Shown here one piece after another: positions 20,996 through 30,784 of a stretch of DNA of 64,000 nt (positions are counted from its first letter, which is position 1; each line of letters begins with the position of its first letter). A program made the position numbers and the translations under genes. Source of the stretch: an uncultured virus (IMG/VR IMGVR_UViG_3300046534_001898) (taxonomy: Duplodnaviria > Heunggongvirae > Uroviricota > Caudoviricetes). The notes under the pieces were generated by a model, which searched no databases, was not told the origin of the DNA, and saw only the letters and a list, made by a program, of their open reading frames with translations. The stretch lies in IMG/VR virus record IMGVR_UViG_3300046534_001898. One strand, 5' to 3'.

Positions 20996-21451
20996 ATGAA
21001 AAGAAAGAGAGTTTATATCGACATGGACGGAGTAATGTGTGACTTTATGAAAATGAAGTCTCTAAAACTAGATCAAAACCCAAACATGCCTTTCCCTCAA
21101 TCTCAAATTGAATTTTGGATTGATCTAGAGCCTATTGATGGAGCTATTTGGGCTTACAAGAGGTTGGAGAAGAATTTTGAGGTACACATTTTAACCGCAC
21201 CTTCTATATATAACCCTGCATCATACTCTGGAAAGAGAATATGGGTGGAAAAACATTTAGGAATGGATGCTGTTCATAATATGATTCTTTCTTACGATAA
21301 AAGTTTATTGATAGGTGACTACCTTGTTGACGATTCAGATTGGAATGGACAAAGAGATTTCGAAGGAGAATGGATTCAATATCACCAAGCTAAAATGGGT
21401 ACACAACAATGGGAAGAAGTTGTTGCTAAAATAGAAAAAGAAAATGTCTAA
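20996..21451 (+). CDS. 5'(3')-deoxyribonucleotidase (NT5C, HAD family)
   Basis: DMDGV, LTAP, K..WV..H, GDYLVDD. Confidence 0.9.
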   Translation: MKRKRVYIDMDGVMCDFMKMKSLKLDQNPNMPFPQSQIEFWIDLEPIDGAIWAYKRLEKNFEVHILTAPSIYNPASYSGKRIWVEKHLGMDAVHNMILSYDKSLLIGDYLVDDSDWNGQRDFEGEWIQYHQAKMGTQQWEEVVAKIEKENV

Positions 21452-21917
21452 GATAATTTACAAGCAAGGTAATTTGCTTGATCAAACAGAAACACTTGAC
21501 CTCATAGGTCATGGGTGCAATTGCTTTCTAAGTATGGGAGCAGGTATTGCAAAAGAGGTTAAACAAAGATTCAATGAAGCTCACTTAGCTGATCTTGGAA
21601 CTAAATACGGAGATAGAAATAAGTTAGGAGATTACACCTTGGCTGAATACGATGGGTTTAAAATTTTAAACCTATACACTCAATATAAGTATACAAGACA
21701 TGAGGTTGATGTTGACTATGATGCTATAACAAATGTGTTTGCTAAAATAAATGAGGAATATGAAGGTCAGTCTTTAGGGATACCTGTTATTGGAGCAGGT
21801 CTTGCGGGAGGTAATTGGGCAGAAATCGCTGAGATAATTGAGGCTGAAACCCCTGATTTAGATGTTTATGTTTACATCCTTCCGAGAGATAATAATTGGC
21901 ATTATCTTTTGAGTTGA
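21444..21917 (+). CDS. Macro domain protein (ADP-ribose processing)
   Basis: GNLL, HGCNC...MGAGIA, IGAGLAGG. Confidence 0.92.
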   Translation: MSKIIYKQGNLLDQTETLDLIGHGCNCFLSMGAGIAKEVKQRFNEAHLADLGTKYGDRNKLGDYTLAEYDGFKILNLYTQYKYTRHEVDVDYDAITNVFAKINEEYEGQSLGIPVIGAGLAGGNWAEIAEIIEAETPDLDVYVYILPRDNNWHYLLS

Positions 21918-21943
21918 TGTAACATTTTGGTTTATTTTACGTT
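21918..21943 (+). promoter_or_regulatory. Example of the recurrent TGWAAC-N16/17-CGTT (ECF-type) promoter motif
   Basis: Exact or 1-mismatch copies at about 4117, 22270, 28057, 30457, 31409, 43282, 45324, 50940, 54467 and 58729. Confidence 0.75.
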
Positions 21944-22369
21944 ATTGATATATGGATACACCAGAATTAGTTTTAGAATTGCTTCGTCAATTACAAGATC
22001 GAGAGATCGATGAGTTTAAATTTGTTCGAGATGAATCAAGTCCTATGAAGGCGGAGATTTGGGTGAATGGAGAAGTGTATGTTGACCGTAGGATAATTGA
22101 TTCTAATGTGTTAAATGTTATTGGAACCAAAGAGGAAGATAAAGAGTGGAGTAAAAATAAAACAAAAGAACTTCAAGAAAAGAGGATGCAAAGAGCAGAT
22201 AGAAATAGGCTCTTATACCCCCATTAAATCTAGGTTCTTGAAATTAAATTGAAAAAAGATTTGCAAAGTTGTAACATTTTACTTTACTTTGCGTTTTAAT
22301 AAAAGAAGCCAATTCATTTTGGATTTTAAAAAAGTTTTATATATTTGTAATAACAAAAAACAATTAGTT

Positions 22370-23356
22370 ATGAGTAACATGTAGATTAATTCAAAGTTAA
22401 CAGTAGTAACACGACACGATTTTTCGTTCGGTTACCAAATTGCCCAAAGTAATCATGCAACAGCTGATTTCGGGCAGGAATTTCCAGAAGTTAGTAACCA
22501 ATGGAAAGAGGAGTCAAACTCCATCATTGTTCTCACAGTCAAAAATGAGGACGAGCTTATCAAACTCTATGAGAAGCTCAATAAAAATCACAACGTTTCA
22601 TTATTTTTCGAACCTGATATTGATCAGTATACAAGCCTGAGCTTTTATGCCGATGAAAATGCTAGGAAGAAGCTAAGACACCTACCACTTGCTGGTAAGA
22701 AGTCTGGGAAAGTAGATTGTCTAATTTTAGACATGAAGAAGACTCCTCAGACCGATACACAGTCAGTATGGGATCATGGTGTAGCTGTATCAGAAAAATA
22801 CAAGGAACTTGTTTCTTATCTCCGAGGAGAATCAAAATTAACATCTGAATGGAAAATGCCTGATTGGGTAGAAGATAACAAGAAATTCATTCTTGACAAT
22901 CTTTACTCAGACGATATCATGCGACAATATCACGTATACCACGATTGCGGTAAGCCCTACTGCATCGAGTATGATGATGAAGGTCGTAAGCATTTTCCAA
23001 ACCATTCTCAAGTATCATATGACACCTATTTAGATGTTTTTGGTTCTGACGGAAGTAATCAAGCTATTGCCGATTTGATCAAGCACGATATGGATGTGCA
23101 TATGATGAAGGCAGCAGGTGTTGAAGACTTCTGTAATGAAATGGGAGCAAAAAAAGCAATCAGCTTATTAATCACTGCTTTGTGTGAGATTCACGCTAAC
23201 GCAGATATGTTCGGAGGAATTAATTCCACTAGTTTTAAAATAAAATTCAAACAAATCAATAAAAGAGGTAAAGCAATTATTAACTTTTTAAAAGAAAAAA
23301 ACAATGACGATCAAAGAGAAAATCAAAGAGATGGTGAAGTTGCAGAAGCAATATAA
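22370..23356 (+). CDS. Pth2-like peptidyl-tRNA hydrolase fused to an HD domain, with an in-frame TAG at codon 5 (22382-22384)
   Basis: Manual translation MSNM*INSKLTVVTRHDFSFGYQIAQSNHA...IIVLTVKNEDEL...FEPD...LRHLPL is in frame with the 22733 ORF (H...HDCGK...H...HD). Confidence 0.8.
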
Positions 23357-23660
23357 GAACCACAGAAAGACAGTAAACTTTACAGGCGAGAGAATGAAAA
23401 TCAAAAACTGGAGAGGAGAAACTGTAGACCTAATGCCTTCAAGTGCAAACGACAAGGTAAGAGTTACAAAAGAATCTTTAAGACATCACTACATTGCACA
23501 CAAAGTCTTAAGATCAAGATTAACTCTAGAAGAGTTCAAGCAAAACAACATGCTTGATCTAATGGAGCAAAAAAGGAAAGAGGAACCTTCTTGGTCACAG
23601 ATTGAGAAAATTGTTGAAAAGTATCAGAAAGATTTTGTGTGGATTGAAGAAGCAGCATAA
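23304..23660 (+). CDS. Hypothetical basic protein
   Basis: 118-aa ORF directly before the tRNA cluster. Confidence 0.6.
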   Translation: MTIKEKIKEMVKLQKQYKNHRKTVNFTGERMKIKNWRGETVDLMPSSANDKVRVTKESLRHHYIAHKVLRSRLTLEEFKQNNMLDLMEQKRKEEPSWSQIEKIVEKYQKDFVWIEEAA

Positions 23661-23685
23661 TTTTTGAGGGTGAAACTCCCTTTCT

Positions 23686-23740
23686 GTCCCGATGAGAGAT
23701 TGGTCTCATTTACTACGTTCGAATCGTGGTCGGGACACCA
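23686..23740 (+). ncRNA. Anticodon-less mini-tRNA with encoded CCA
   Basis: gtcccga/tcgggac acceptor, one hairpin (loop gattgg), T arm with ttcgaat, ACCA end. Confidence 0.7.
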
Positions 23741-23741
23741 A

Positions 23742-23814
23742 CCCCTTGAAGCTCTATTGGTTGAGCAGCGGTCTCTAAAACCGTAGTGTGCGAGTTCAAG
23801 TCTCGTCAAGGGGG
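23742..23814 (+). tRNA. Amber suppressor tRNA (CUA) with a Trp-like body
   Basis: Full cloverleaf, anticodon arm gcggt-ctCTAaa-accgt, G73, short variable loop. Confidence 0.88.
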
Positions 23815-23819
23815 CAAAT

Positions 23820-23872
23820 GGTGAGGCATCTAGTTGGAGATGTTCGTGAAGGTTCGATCCCTTCTCTCACCA
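23820..23872 (+). ncRNA. Anticodon-less mini-tRNA
   Basis: ggtgagg/tctcacc acceptor, catct-agttgg-agatg hairpin, gaagg-ttcgatc-ccttc T arm. Confidence 0.7.
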
Positions 23873-23876
23873 CAAA

Positions 23877-23927
23877 TGCTGGGATGCTTAGTTGGAAGCA
23901 CATGGGAGTTCGACTCTTCTCTTGGCA
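23877..23927 (+). ncRNA. Anticodon-less mini-tRNA
   Basis: GU-rich acceptor, tgctt-agttgg-aagca hairpin, T loop ttcgact. Confidence 0.65.
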
Positions 23928-23932
23928 CAAAC

Positions 23933-23987
23933 GGAGGGCGCTAAATTGGTAGTGGTAAGTCTTGAGGTTCGAACCCTCTTCCCTCCA
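23933..23987 (+). ncRNA. Anticodon-less mini-tRNA
   Basis: ggaggg/ccctcc acceptor, cgcta-aattgg-tagtg hairpin, gagg-ttcgaac-cctc T arm. Confidence 0.65.
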
Positions 23988-23991
23988 CTAT

Positions 23992-24065
23992 GATCATGTA
24001 GCATTAAGTGGATTATGCAGTCATCTTCGGATGAAAGATTGGAGGTTCGATTCCTTCTATGATCA
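23992..24065 (+). ncRNA. tRNA-like RNA with the anticodon loop replaced by a cUUCGg tetraloop
   Basis: Acceptor, D and T arms present; middle arm is tcatc-ttcg-gatga. Confidence 0.7.
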
Positions 24066-24070
24066 CAAAT

Positions 24071-24121
24071 ACCGAGAACTCAGATGGGAGTTTCGGGGAG
24101 GTTCGAATCCTTCTCTTGGTA
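24071..24121 (+). ncRNA. Anticodon-less mini-tRNA
   Basis: accgaga/tcttggt acceptor, actc-agatgg-gagt hairpin, ggagg-ttcgaat-ccttc T arm. Confidence 0.7.
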
Positions 24122-24126
24122 CAAAT

Positions 24127-24198
24127 GTCCCAATAGCTCAGCGGCAGAGCAATGGTCTCTAAAACCATAGGTCGCAGGTTCGAACCCTGCTTGGGACT
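24127..24198 (+). tRNA. Second amber suppressor tRNA (CUA)
   Basis: Canonical cloverleaf, atggt-ctCTAaa-accat, perfect gtcccaa/ttgggac acceptor, U73. Confidence 0.9.
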
Positions 24199-24517
24199 CT
24201 AATGATGGCAGTAGATAAATATGGTAACAGTATAAATTTAGAAAAGGTTTGGGGAATTGAACACGGCTTTAGTGAAGGTCGATTTGATTCCTCAATTTTT
24301 TCTTGGACTATTTCGAACAAATATAAATCTCAAAGAGCTATGAATCAAGCTTTAAATGATCTCAGAAAACATAATCCAGCAACCGTAAGAACAAGGTCTG
24401 GAAAAGGAGAGTGGACACAGCTTTATAGCCATTATCGACCTGTTCATGTAAATTATAGTTTCTAAATTTGTCTAAACAAATAGAAATTACTATATTTGTA
24501 TTATAAAATCGATACAA

Positions 24518-26689
24518 ATGATAACAGAAGAGAGTAAGAAAGAGATTATTGTTAGAAAGAAAGAGCTTGAAAAAGCCAGAAAACAACTCAAAAAAGAATT
24601 TGTAGGTCTTGATAGTATCATCGATGAAATCATCGAACAAGTTAGGTCTTGGTATATTTTTCCTGACGGTCAAGTTCGACCATCAATCGTAAATCTTTGG
24701 GGTATGACAGGTGTTGGGAAGACTTCTTTAGTTAGAAGGCTGTTTGACATTCTTGATATGTCTGAGAATTTTTTCAAGTTCGATATGGGTGAATACACTT
24801 CTGGGGATTTGAAAATAAAAGATGACTTTTCTGATAAGGTAAAAAATCTTGAAGATCAGCCAGTGATTATTGTTTTCGATGAGTTCCAGATTGGAAGAAC
24901 TATCGATGAGATGGGAATGGAAATCGATAGAAAAAATCTAAGAGTTATTTGGGATTTACTTGATACTGGAAAGTTTGATGTACTGAATTCTTCTTGGTAC
25001 GGAAAAGAGGTTTATCTATTGTACTTTAAAATCTTAAAATTTATTCATGAGGATAATATCAAAGTAAAAAACGGAATCATTACTGAGAGTGGAGAAGAGC
25101 ATGCTAAAATGTTTTTTGAGATAGGAACAAAATTCCTTACTTACGATGAAGCTATGTTAAAGGTGACGGGAAAATCGAAAGTAGTTACTCCTGAGCCAGA
25201 AGTAGTTGAAGAATCAACTTCTGATACCACCAAGAAGAAAAAGAAGAAAAAGAATAAAGAAAAAGCGGTTGACGAGGATAAAAAAATTCAATATCTTATC
25301 CCCACAAACCTTCACTGGGTAATCAAGTCTTTTTGGGAAGACAGGTTCATTAGCAATTATGAGTTTTTGAACTTCATTCGATCTTTAGATGCCGAAGGAA
25401 CTGTTCAGTTTTTATCAGACACTTGCGATAGAGCAATGAAGCCAAAGCTTTATGATTTTTCTAATTCAATTATCTTTGTAATTGGAAACCTTGATAGCGT
25501 TTATTCAATGTCCCGTGAGTCAAACCCAGATGTTGACGCTGATTCGTTCCACGAAAATTCTCTTGATATCACTCAGACCGAAATAAAACAAGCTCTTCAA
25601 GGAAGGTTTAGAATTGAACAGATTGCTAGACTAGGAAATAACCATATTATATACCCAGCCTTCTCTTCTAAAATTTATCAAGATTTGATTGTGCTAGAGT
25701 TAGGGAAGTTAAATGATAAAATTCAAAAGAAGTTCGATCTTACTTTTGATTTTGATCCTTCGGTAAATGAAATCATCTATAAAGAAGGAGTGTTTCCAAC
25801 TCAAGGAGTAAGACCTGTGTTTACAACAATCAGCTCAATCATTGAGTCTTATATCGGAAAGTTCATTTCTCTTTTAATTGAGAAGAACATGATCGATAAT
25901 GTTGATTCAATTAAATGGAGCTACAAGGAGAATGAGCATATTCTGGAATTTTACGATGATAATATCGACTTATTGCTTCGCCAAACCTACCCAGTTAATT
26001 TGAAGGTAGAATCTCTGAGAGAATCAACTGATGATGACAACCAAGCTTTTACCGCAGTTCATGAAGCAGGGCATGCAGTTGCTATGATGGTAGCAATGAA
26101 GATTGTTCCGAAAATGATTCGCAGTAAGACGGCAAACACCTCTGAGGGCTTCTGTGCATCGCAAATGCCAGAGATTCATTCGAAAGTAGTACTGGAGGAT
26201 AGAATTGCTATTTCAGTAGCCGGTCGAGTGGCTGAGCAAGTGATATTTGGTGAAGATAGAATTTCAACAGGAGCTTCTGGAGATATAGCAACAGCTACCG
26301 AAACAGCGATGAAAATGTTGAAGTTTTTAGGAATGAATGCATCGGGAGATATGATCATTTATTCTAGAACAGAAAACAATAACGATAGAGTTGCAAATTC
26401 AAGTACAGAGAAAGTAAATCAAGAGGCAATAACTTTGATTACTAGACAAAAGAATAGAGTGGTAGAGATTTTGAATAGGGAAAAAGTTCTCTTATTGAAG
26501 ATGGCAGAGTATTTAACTTCTCATTCTTTTATTGATGAAGAGAAAGCAATTGAGTTTTATAAGTTGTATGGATCAGATTCAGAACTTGAATTTCTGGATC
26601 AAAAACATTACTATCCTTATAAGAATATTATGTTACAAGAACTTAAGAAGATAGAAGCTGTAAGCAAACTAGACTTAAGTTACAAGTAA
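24518..26689 (+). CDS. Soluble AAA+ ATPase fused to a peptidase M41 (FtsH-type) domain
   Basis: GMTGVGKT, FDEFQ, HEAGH, AGRVAE, GASGD; no transmembrane segment seen. Confidence 0.85.
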   Translation: MITEESKKEIIVRKKELEKARKQLKKEFVGLDSIIDEIIEQVRSWYIFPDGQVRPSIVNLWGMTGVGKTSLVRRLFDILDMSENFFKFDMGEYTSGDLKIKDDFSDKVKNLEDQPVIIVFDEFQIGRTIDEMGMEIDRKNLRVIWDLLDTGKFDVLNSSWYGKEVYLLYFKILKFIHEDNIKVKNGIITESGEEHAKMFFEIGTKFLTYDEAMLKVTGKSKVVTPEPEVVEESTSDTTKKKKKKKNKEKAVDEDKKIQYLIPTNLHWVIKSFWEDRFISNYEFLNFIRSLDAEGTVQFLSDTCDRAMKPKLYDFSNSIIFVIGNLDSVYSMSRESNPDVDADSFHENSLDITQTEIKQALQGRFRIEQIARLGNNHIIYPAFSSKIYQDLIVLELGKLNDKIQKKFDLTFDFDPSVNEIIYKEGVFPTQGVRPVFTTISSIIESYIGKFISLLIEKNMIDNVDSIKWSYKENEHILEFYDDNIDLLLRQTYPVNLKVESLRESTDDDNQAFTAVHEAGHAVAMMVAMKIVPKMIRSKTANTSEGFCASQMPEIHSKVVLEDRIAISVAGRVAEQVIFGEDRISTGASGDIATATETAMKMLKFLGMNASGDMIIYSRTENNNDRVANSSTEKVNQEAITLITRQKNRVVEILNREKVLLLKMAEYLTSHSFIDEEKAIEFYKLYGSDSELEFLDQKHYYPYKNIMLQELKKIEAVSKLDLSYK

Positions 26690-28102
26690 AATGGGAAACC
26701 AAAAACAGTTAAGAGAAAAACAAATTTAGCAACAAAGTAAACATGAGAACAACAGAGAGAACATGGAGTGATATTTTGCAATCACTTGTAAAAATTGCAA
26801 AAGAAAATGGATTTGAATGTGACGATAAGAAAGTTTTGTCAGGCTCTATGGTTATGGACTATAACTATTATGTGTTAATCTTCAGGCATGATTTTGCTAA
26901 AGCTCTTTGGGGAGAAGAGGAGGCATACCAGAAAATGGTGGCTAGTTATAAGAAGATGGAAGAGGAAGGGATGACTGTTGATTATTCGTTACTTCCTCCT
27001 CCAGCGTGGAAGAGAAATCTTGAAGCCTTAGTTTTGGTTGAAGATAAGTATCTATTTTTAGAAAGACATCTCAATCATATTGAGAATGGATCGATAGATG
27101 CTAAACCAAATCAAGATGAGGTGGATGCGAGAAGAGAGGCTTTAGTTAATTCTCTCGGAGATAGATTCAAGAAAAAATAAGAGTAAAATAGTCAAAAAAA
27201 ATTATAAACCATTCTTTTTCGAAAGAGTTAACAACTCCAGTCTCTACCACTATTTATGGTTAAAGAAATATAATTATGAGACTTTCCAAATTTGGAAAAT
27301 ATAAAAGAGAAGAGGTAACAGAATTTGACAGGTTCTTATACGTTCAGTTACACAAACTAATTCAAGAAAAAAGCACTAGAATCGCTTCACGATTGCCAGA
27401 ATTTATTGTTTATGAATCTCTAATTTATTTCTTAGAAAACGAGAAATTTGAAGAATATAATATCATTAAAGGATATCTTATCCTAAATACCAAGAAGGTA
27501 GTCCAAATGAGCCGCAAAGATTGGCTCGACTATGGATGGAGAGGAATACTTAAAGGAAAGATAGACGACACACAGAAAGATGAAGAAACGATTTAATGAA
27601 AATTTAAGCCCAACTTACAAGAGGAGAAATAACACTCTCCTCTCTTTGTTTGAAAAAGCTGGAATGAAGGTCTCACTTCTTGGTGACCTTAGAAAACCAA
27701 ATATGATTTATGAAGATACTGACGGAAATGTATTTCAGTTAGCTATCTATGTCAAAAACTTTGATCTCTATATCAAGGAAAATCTTTATGACCAAGATCA
27801 TTTTGCAATATTCTCTTTAGATGATGCTGAAGAAAAATTATCTGAATTCATTCAGTTAATGGAATCATCCAATCAAGAGAAAGTCTTCCGTATCATTTAT
27901 GGAGACCTATATTATGCTGGATCAAAGAGAGATTCTAATTCAGGAGAAAGCTATCCAGTGTTCTCAAAACAATTTCCAAAAATCTATTATACTACCGATA
28001 AAGCTATCGAAGAATCCTACTCTTTAAGGGTGTTGGGGTACGAAACTGAGTTTGAGTGAAACATTTTGGATTATTTTGCGTTTAATAAACAAAAGATAAG
28101 AT

Positions 28103-28639
28103 ATGGGTTCATTTTGGATATTAATAATTGCAGGGATTTTAATCGGAGCATACTTAGGTTTTAAAATCCTTAGTTTTAACGCTGCTCTTTGGGAAAAGAT
28201 AGGAATGGTTTTAATCTGTTCTTTCATTGGTCTTATTATTGGGGGCTTTGTCACAGTTTTTGTAGGAGCGATTTATACAAGCGGGGCTACAGATTGTGAG
28301 TGGAAAAGGATCGAGGTTTCTGGTTATGATCTTTCATCATTAGATGATGGAGTTTCTGCTTCGGGAGAATTCTTTCTTGGGTGTGGAACCATCGAAGGGA
28401 AACTCAATTATTTCGGGTATCGAGAATTGCATGAAGGCGTTTTTGAGAATGTAAGCATCTCATCAGATAATACTTACATCTATCAGTCAGATACGGTTAC
28501 AATCCCTAGAGTAGAAGTTTGGAGAGCCGACAAGGTTCTTGATGATACTTGGTTTCTGTCACTATATGGGAATAACTTCACAAAAATATATGTCCCAACA
28601 GGAACTATCAAAACAACTTATTCTTTAGACTCAAAATAA
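28103..28639 (+). CDS. Membrane protein
   Basis: Two N-terminal TM helices and a GEFFLGCG motif. Confidence 0.6.
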   Translation: MGSFWILIIAGILIGAYLGFKILSFNAALWEKIGMVLICSFIGLIIGGFVTVFVGAIYTSGATDCEWKRIEVSGYDLSSLDDGVSASGEFFLGCGTIEGKLNYFGYRELHEGVFENVSISSDNTYIYQSDTVTIPRVEVWRADKVLDDTWFLSLYGNNFTKIYVPTGTIKTTYSLDSK

Positions 28640-29605
28640 TGGCTATGAAAAGAATCAAAGATATGACCCGTGACGAGTTTGATCGTCACGACCTGATCAT
28701 GAAAGACTTGATGGATTTCATCCTAAAGACTTGGAGTGTTCAAGCTGAACCATTAGGTTATCAGGAGTTTATGAAAGACTATCAAGAATTCAAAGGAATT
28801 GGTGAGGATAAATATGACATCTCTGAATTGTTTGAAGGGTTCATGGATACTCACAAAATGGCGCAGCCTATTTGTTATTCAACCAACTTACCTAATGTAG
28901 GATACAGTGACAGAAATCACGGTAGGAGACCTATGGAGACTCTTTTTAGCTGCTTAATCCAGTATGGAGTAGCCTTGGGAAGAGAGCGTGTTAGAAGAGA
29001 GACTATTCAGTTAGTGAGTGAGATGAAAATGTACAAAAGAACTCACGAAGATTTAATCAATAAACTTATATCATAATGTCAGCAGTAAGAACAAAAGACC
29101 TTATTAAGCTTCTTCAGGAAGCTGATCCTACGGGAGAACAAGAAATTGTAGTAATGACCAATGATGGTTATGCCTACAATTTATCACCCTCTGCTGAACT
29201 CGTTAATTGTAGCGAAGGTCAAGTGGATGAAGATAATGAAAACGTTAATTGTCTAATGCTAGATGCGGCAAATTAATGAGTGAAGAAAAAGAATACATAT
29301 TATGTGCTGCAATAGACTATGATGGCGTAATTGTTTCAGGGCATAGACACGGAGATTGCTACGAAGTTTTAGAAGCTTTAATTGGCAAAATAGAAGTAAG
29401 TAAATTGCCAGATAGAAATAAGCAAGGTTTTTTAACTTCACAAAATAGATATGTCGGAAGAGAGGAGGCTTGGGTAATAGCTAAAGAAAACAATCAAATT
29501 AGGTTTGGGCTAAACGCAAGCGATCATGATAACGACATATTGCTCGAAGGTTTGGAGATTAATGAAAAACCTAAATCAATGTTAATATCTGAAAATCTTT
29601 ACTAA

Positions 29606-30070
29606 ATGAGCAGAAAAAAGAAAGTAGAAAAAAAGAGAAAAGAAGGTCTGAATATTGTATCCATTGTTGGTCAGGTTTCAGAAATATCATCTGAACATCT
29701 AGAGAATCTTCTAGTGTGTAAATTTGTTCTTGTTGTTCATAGAAGTTATATGAACAAGAAGCGTGAAATTCAAATAGATACTCAGAATATTAAAGTGGAG
29801 TGTTACAATAAGATGGCTGGGTTTGCTGATGAACATATTAAGAACGGAAACTTCGTAAATGTTCATGGGTCGATGGTAATTAAAGACGGAGCTTATATAG
29901 TTCAATCAAGACGTATTTCTTTTGTCCCTGAACCTGTTGATTTAAGCGATACTTCTTGGGAATATGATCTACAGGAAGAAGTTAGATGGGGAACCGATGA
30001 TCAGATAGATGATATTTGTTTTTTCATCAAAAACAACTTAAACAGAATTAACAAAGAGGAAACAATTTAA
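29606..30070 (+). CDS. Second, divergent SSB-like OB-fold protein
   Basis: LNIVSIVG...DTQNIKVECYNKMA...KNG..V.V.G parallels the SSB at 11639. Confidence 0.7.
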   Translation: MSRKKKVEKKRKEGLNIVSIVGQVSEISSEHLENLLVCKFVLVVHRSYMNKKREIQIDTQNIKVECYNKMAGFADEHIKNGNFVNVHGSMVIKDGAYIVQSRRISFVPEPVDLSDTSWEYDLQEEVRWGTDDQIDDICFFIKNNLNRINKEETI

Positions 30071-30501
30071 TATGAGTGATTTCAATAAAGTAAGTGAGCG
30101 TTTTGATGATGCAGATTTTAATCAGATTTTTTTGATTAGAGATCGAGTTAAACCTCAATGTTTCAAAATAAATTATGTTCAATACATAATCAAAAGACAC
30201 ATGGAGAAATCTGATATCTCTAAAGACGCAATCCAAGCACTTGAGGAGATAAGAGCTTCAATTGAAGAGATTCGATACCAAAAAGGTCTATTAGAAATTT
30301 TTATTCAAAACTCTTTGGATGAAAAAAACCAATACACAAAAAGGTTTTTAGACTCAAACTTTGAAGAAATTAATTCAAATAAATAACAACATTTTTACTA
30401 TCTTTACTAAATGAGCAGAAAAAGAAAGTGCAATAATATAAATATTTTGGATAACGTGTAACAATTTGTATATTTGTTCCGTTAGACTAATACCAAACGT
30501 T

Positions 30502-30649
30502 TGCAACGTAGATTCTGTTGGAGAGTTATATGGGGTTAGATTTTCATCGAAGAGGGGTATACACCAATTCGGGAGTTTGACTAACCTATCTACTCAAGAA
30601 TCACCGCCTTACTGGGCGGAGGACGTAGGTTCGATTCCTGTCGTTGCCA
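30502..30649 (+). ncRNA. tRNA-Val-like RNA with an insertion of about 80 nt in the D loop
   Basis: gcaacg/cgttgc acceptor, gattc/gaatc D stem around the insert, ccgcc-ttactg-ggcgg arm, T arm. Confidence 0.55.
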
Positions 30650-30784
30650 CTAAGATTTTTTTTGACTGCGAAACGCCCAATGTGATGATAACTCTAGGGT
30701 AGTCTCAGAAATGACGCAGTAATGAGTTCGGATACAGTGACCGATGAAAGTAATGGCACGATAGCTATGCGCTCCAAATAAAAT

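Noticed and set aside
22440..22640. 66-aa ORF in the track
   Set aside because: It is an off-frame shadow of the Pth2-like domain, which has recognisable motifs in the 22370 frame.
23600..24200. ORF-track calls overlapping tRNA clusters (23624..23809, 23962..24162; also 30466..30877, 32939..33124, 54641..56161)
   Set aside because: These are translations of tRNA or tRNA-like sequence, mostly antisense.
30502..30649. tmRNA
   Set aside because: No G3:U70 acceptor, too short, no tag frame, and it has an anticodon-like arm.
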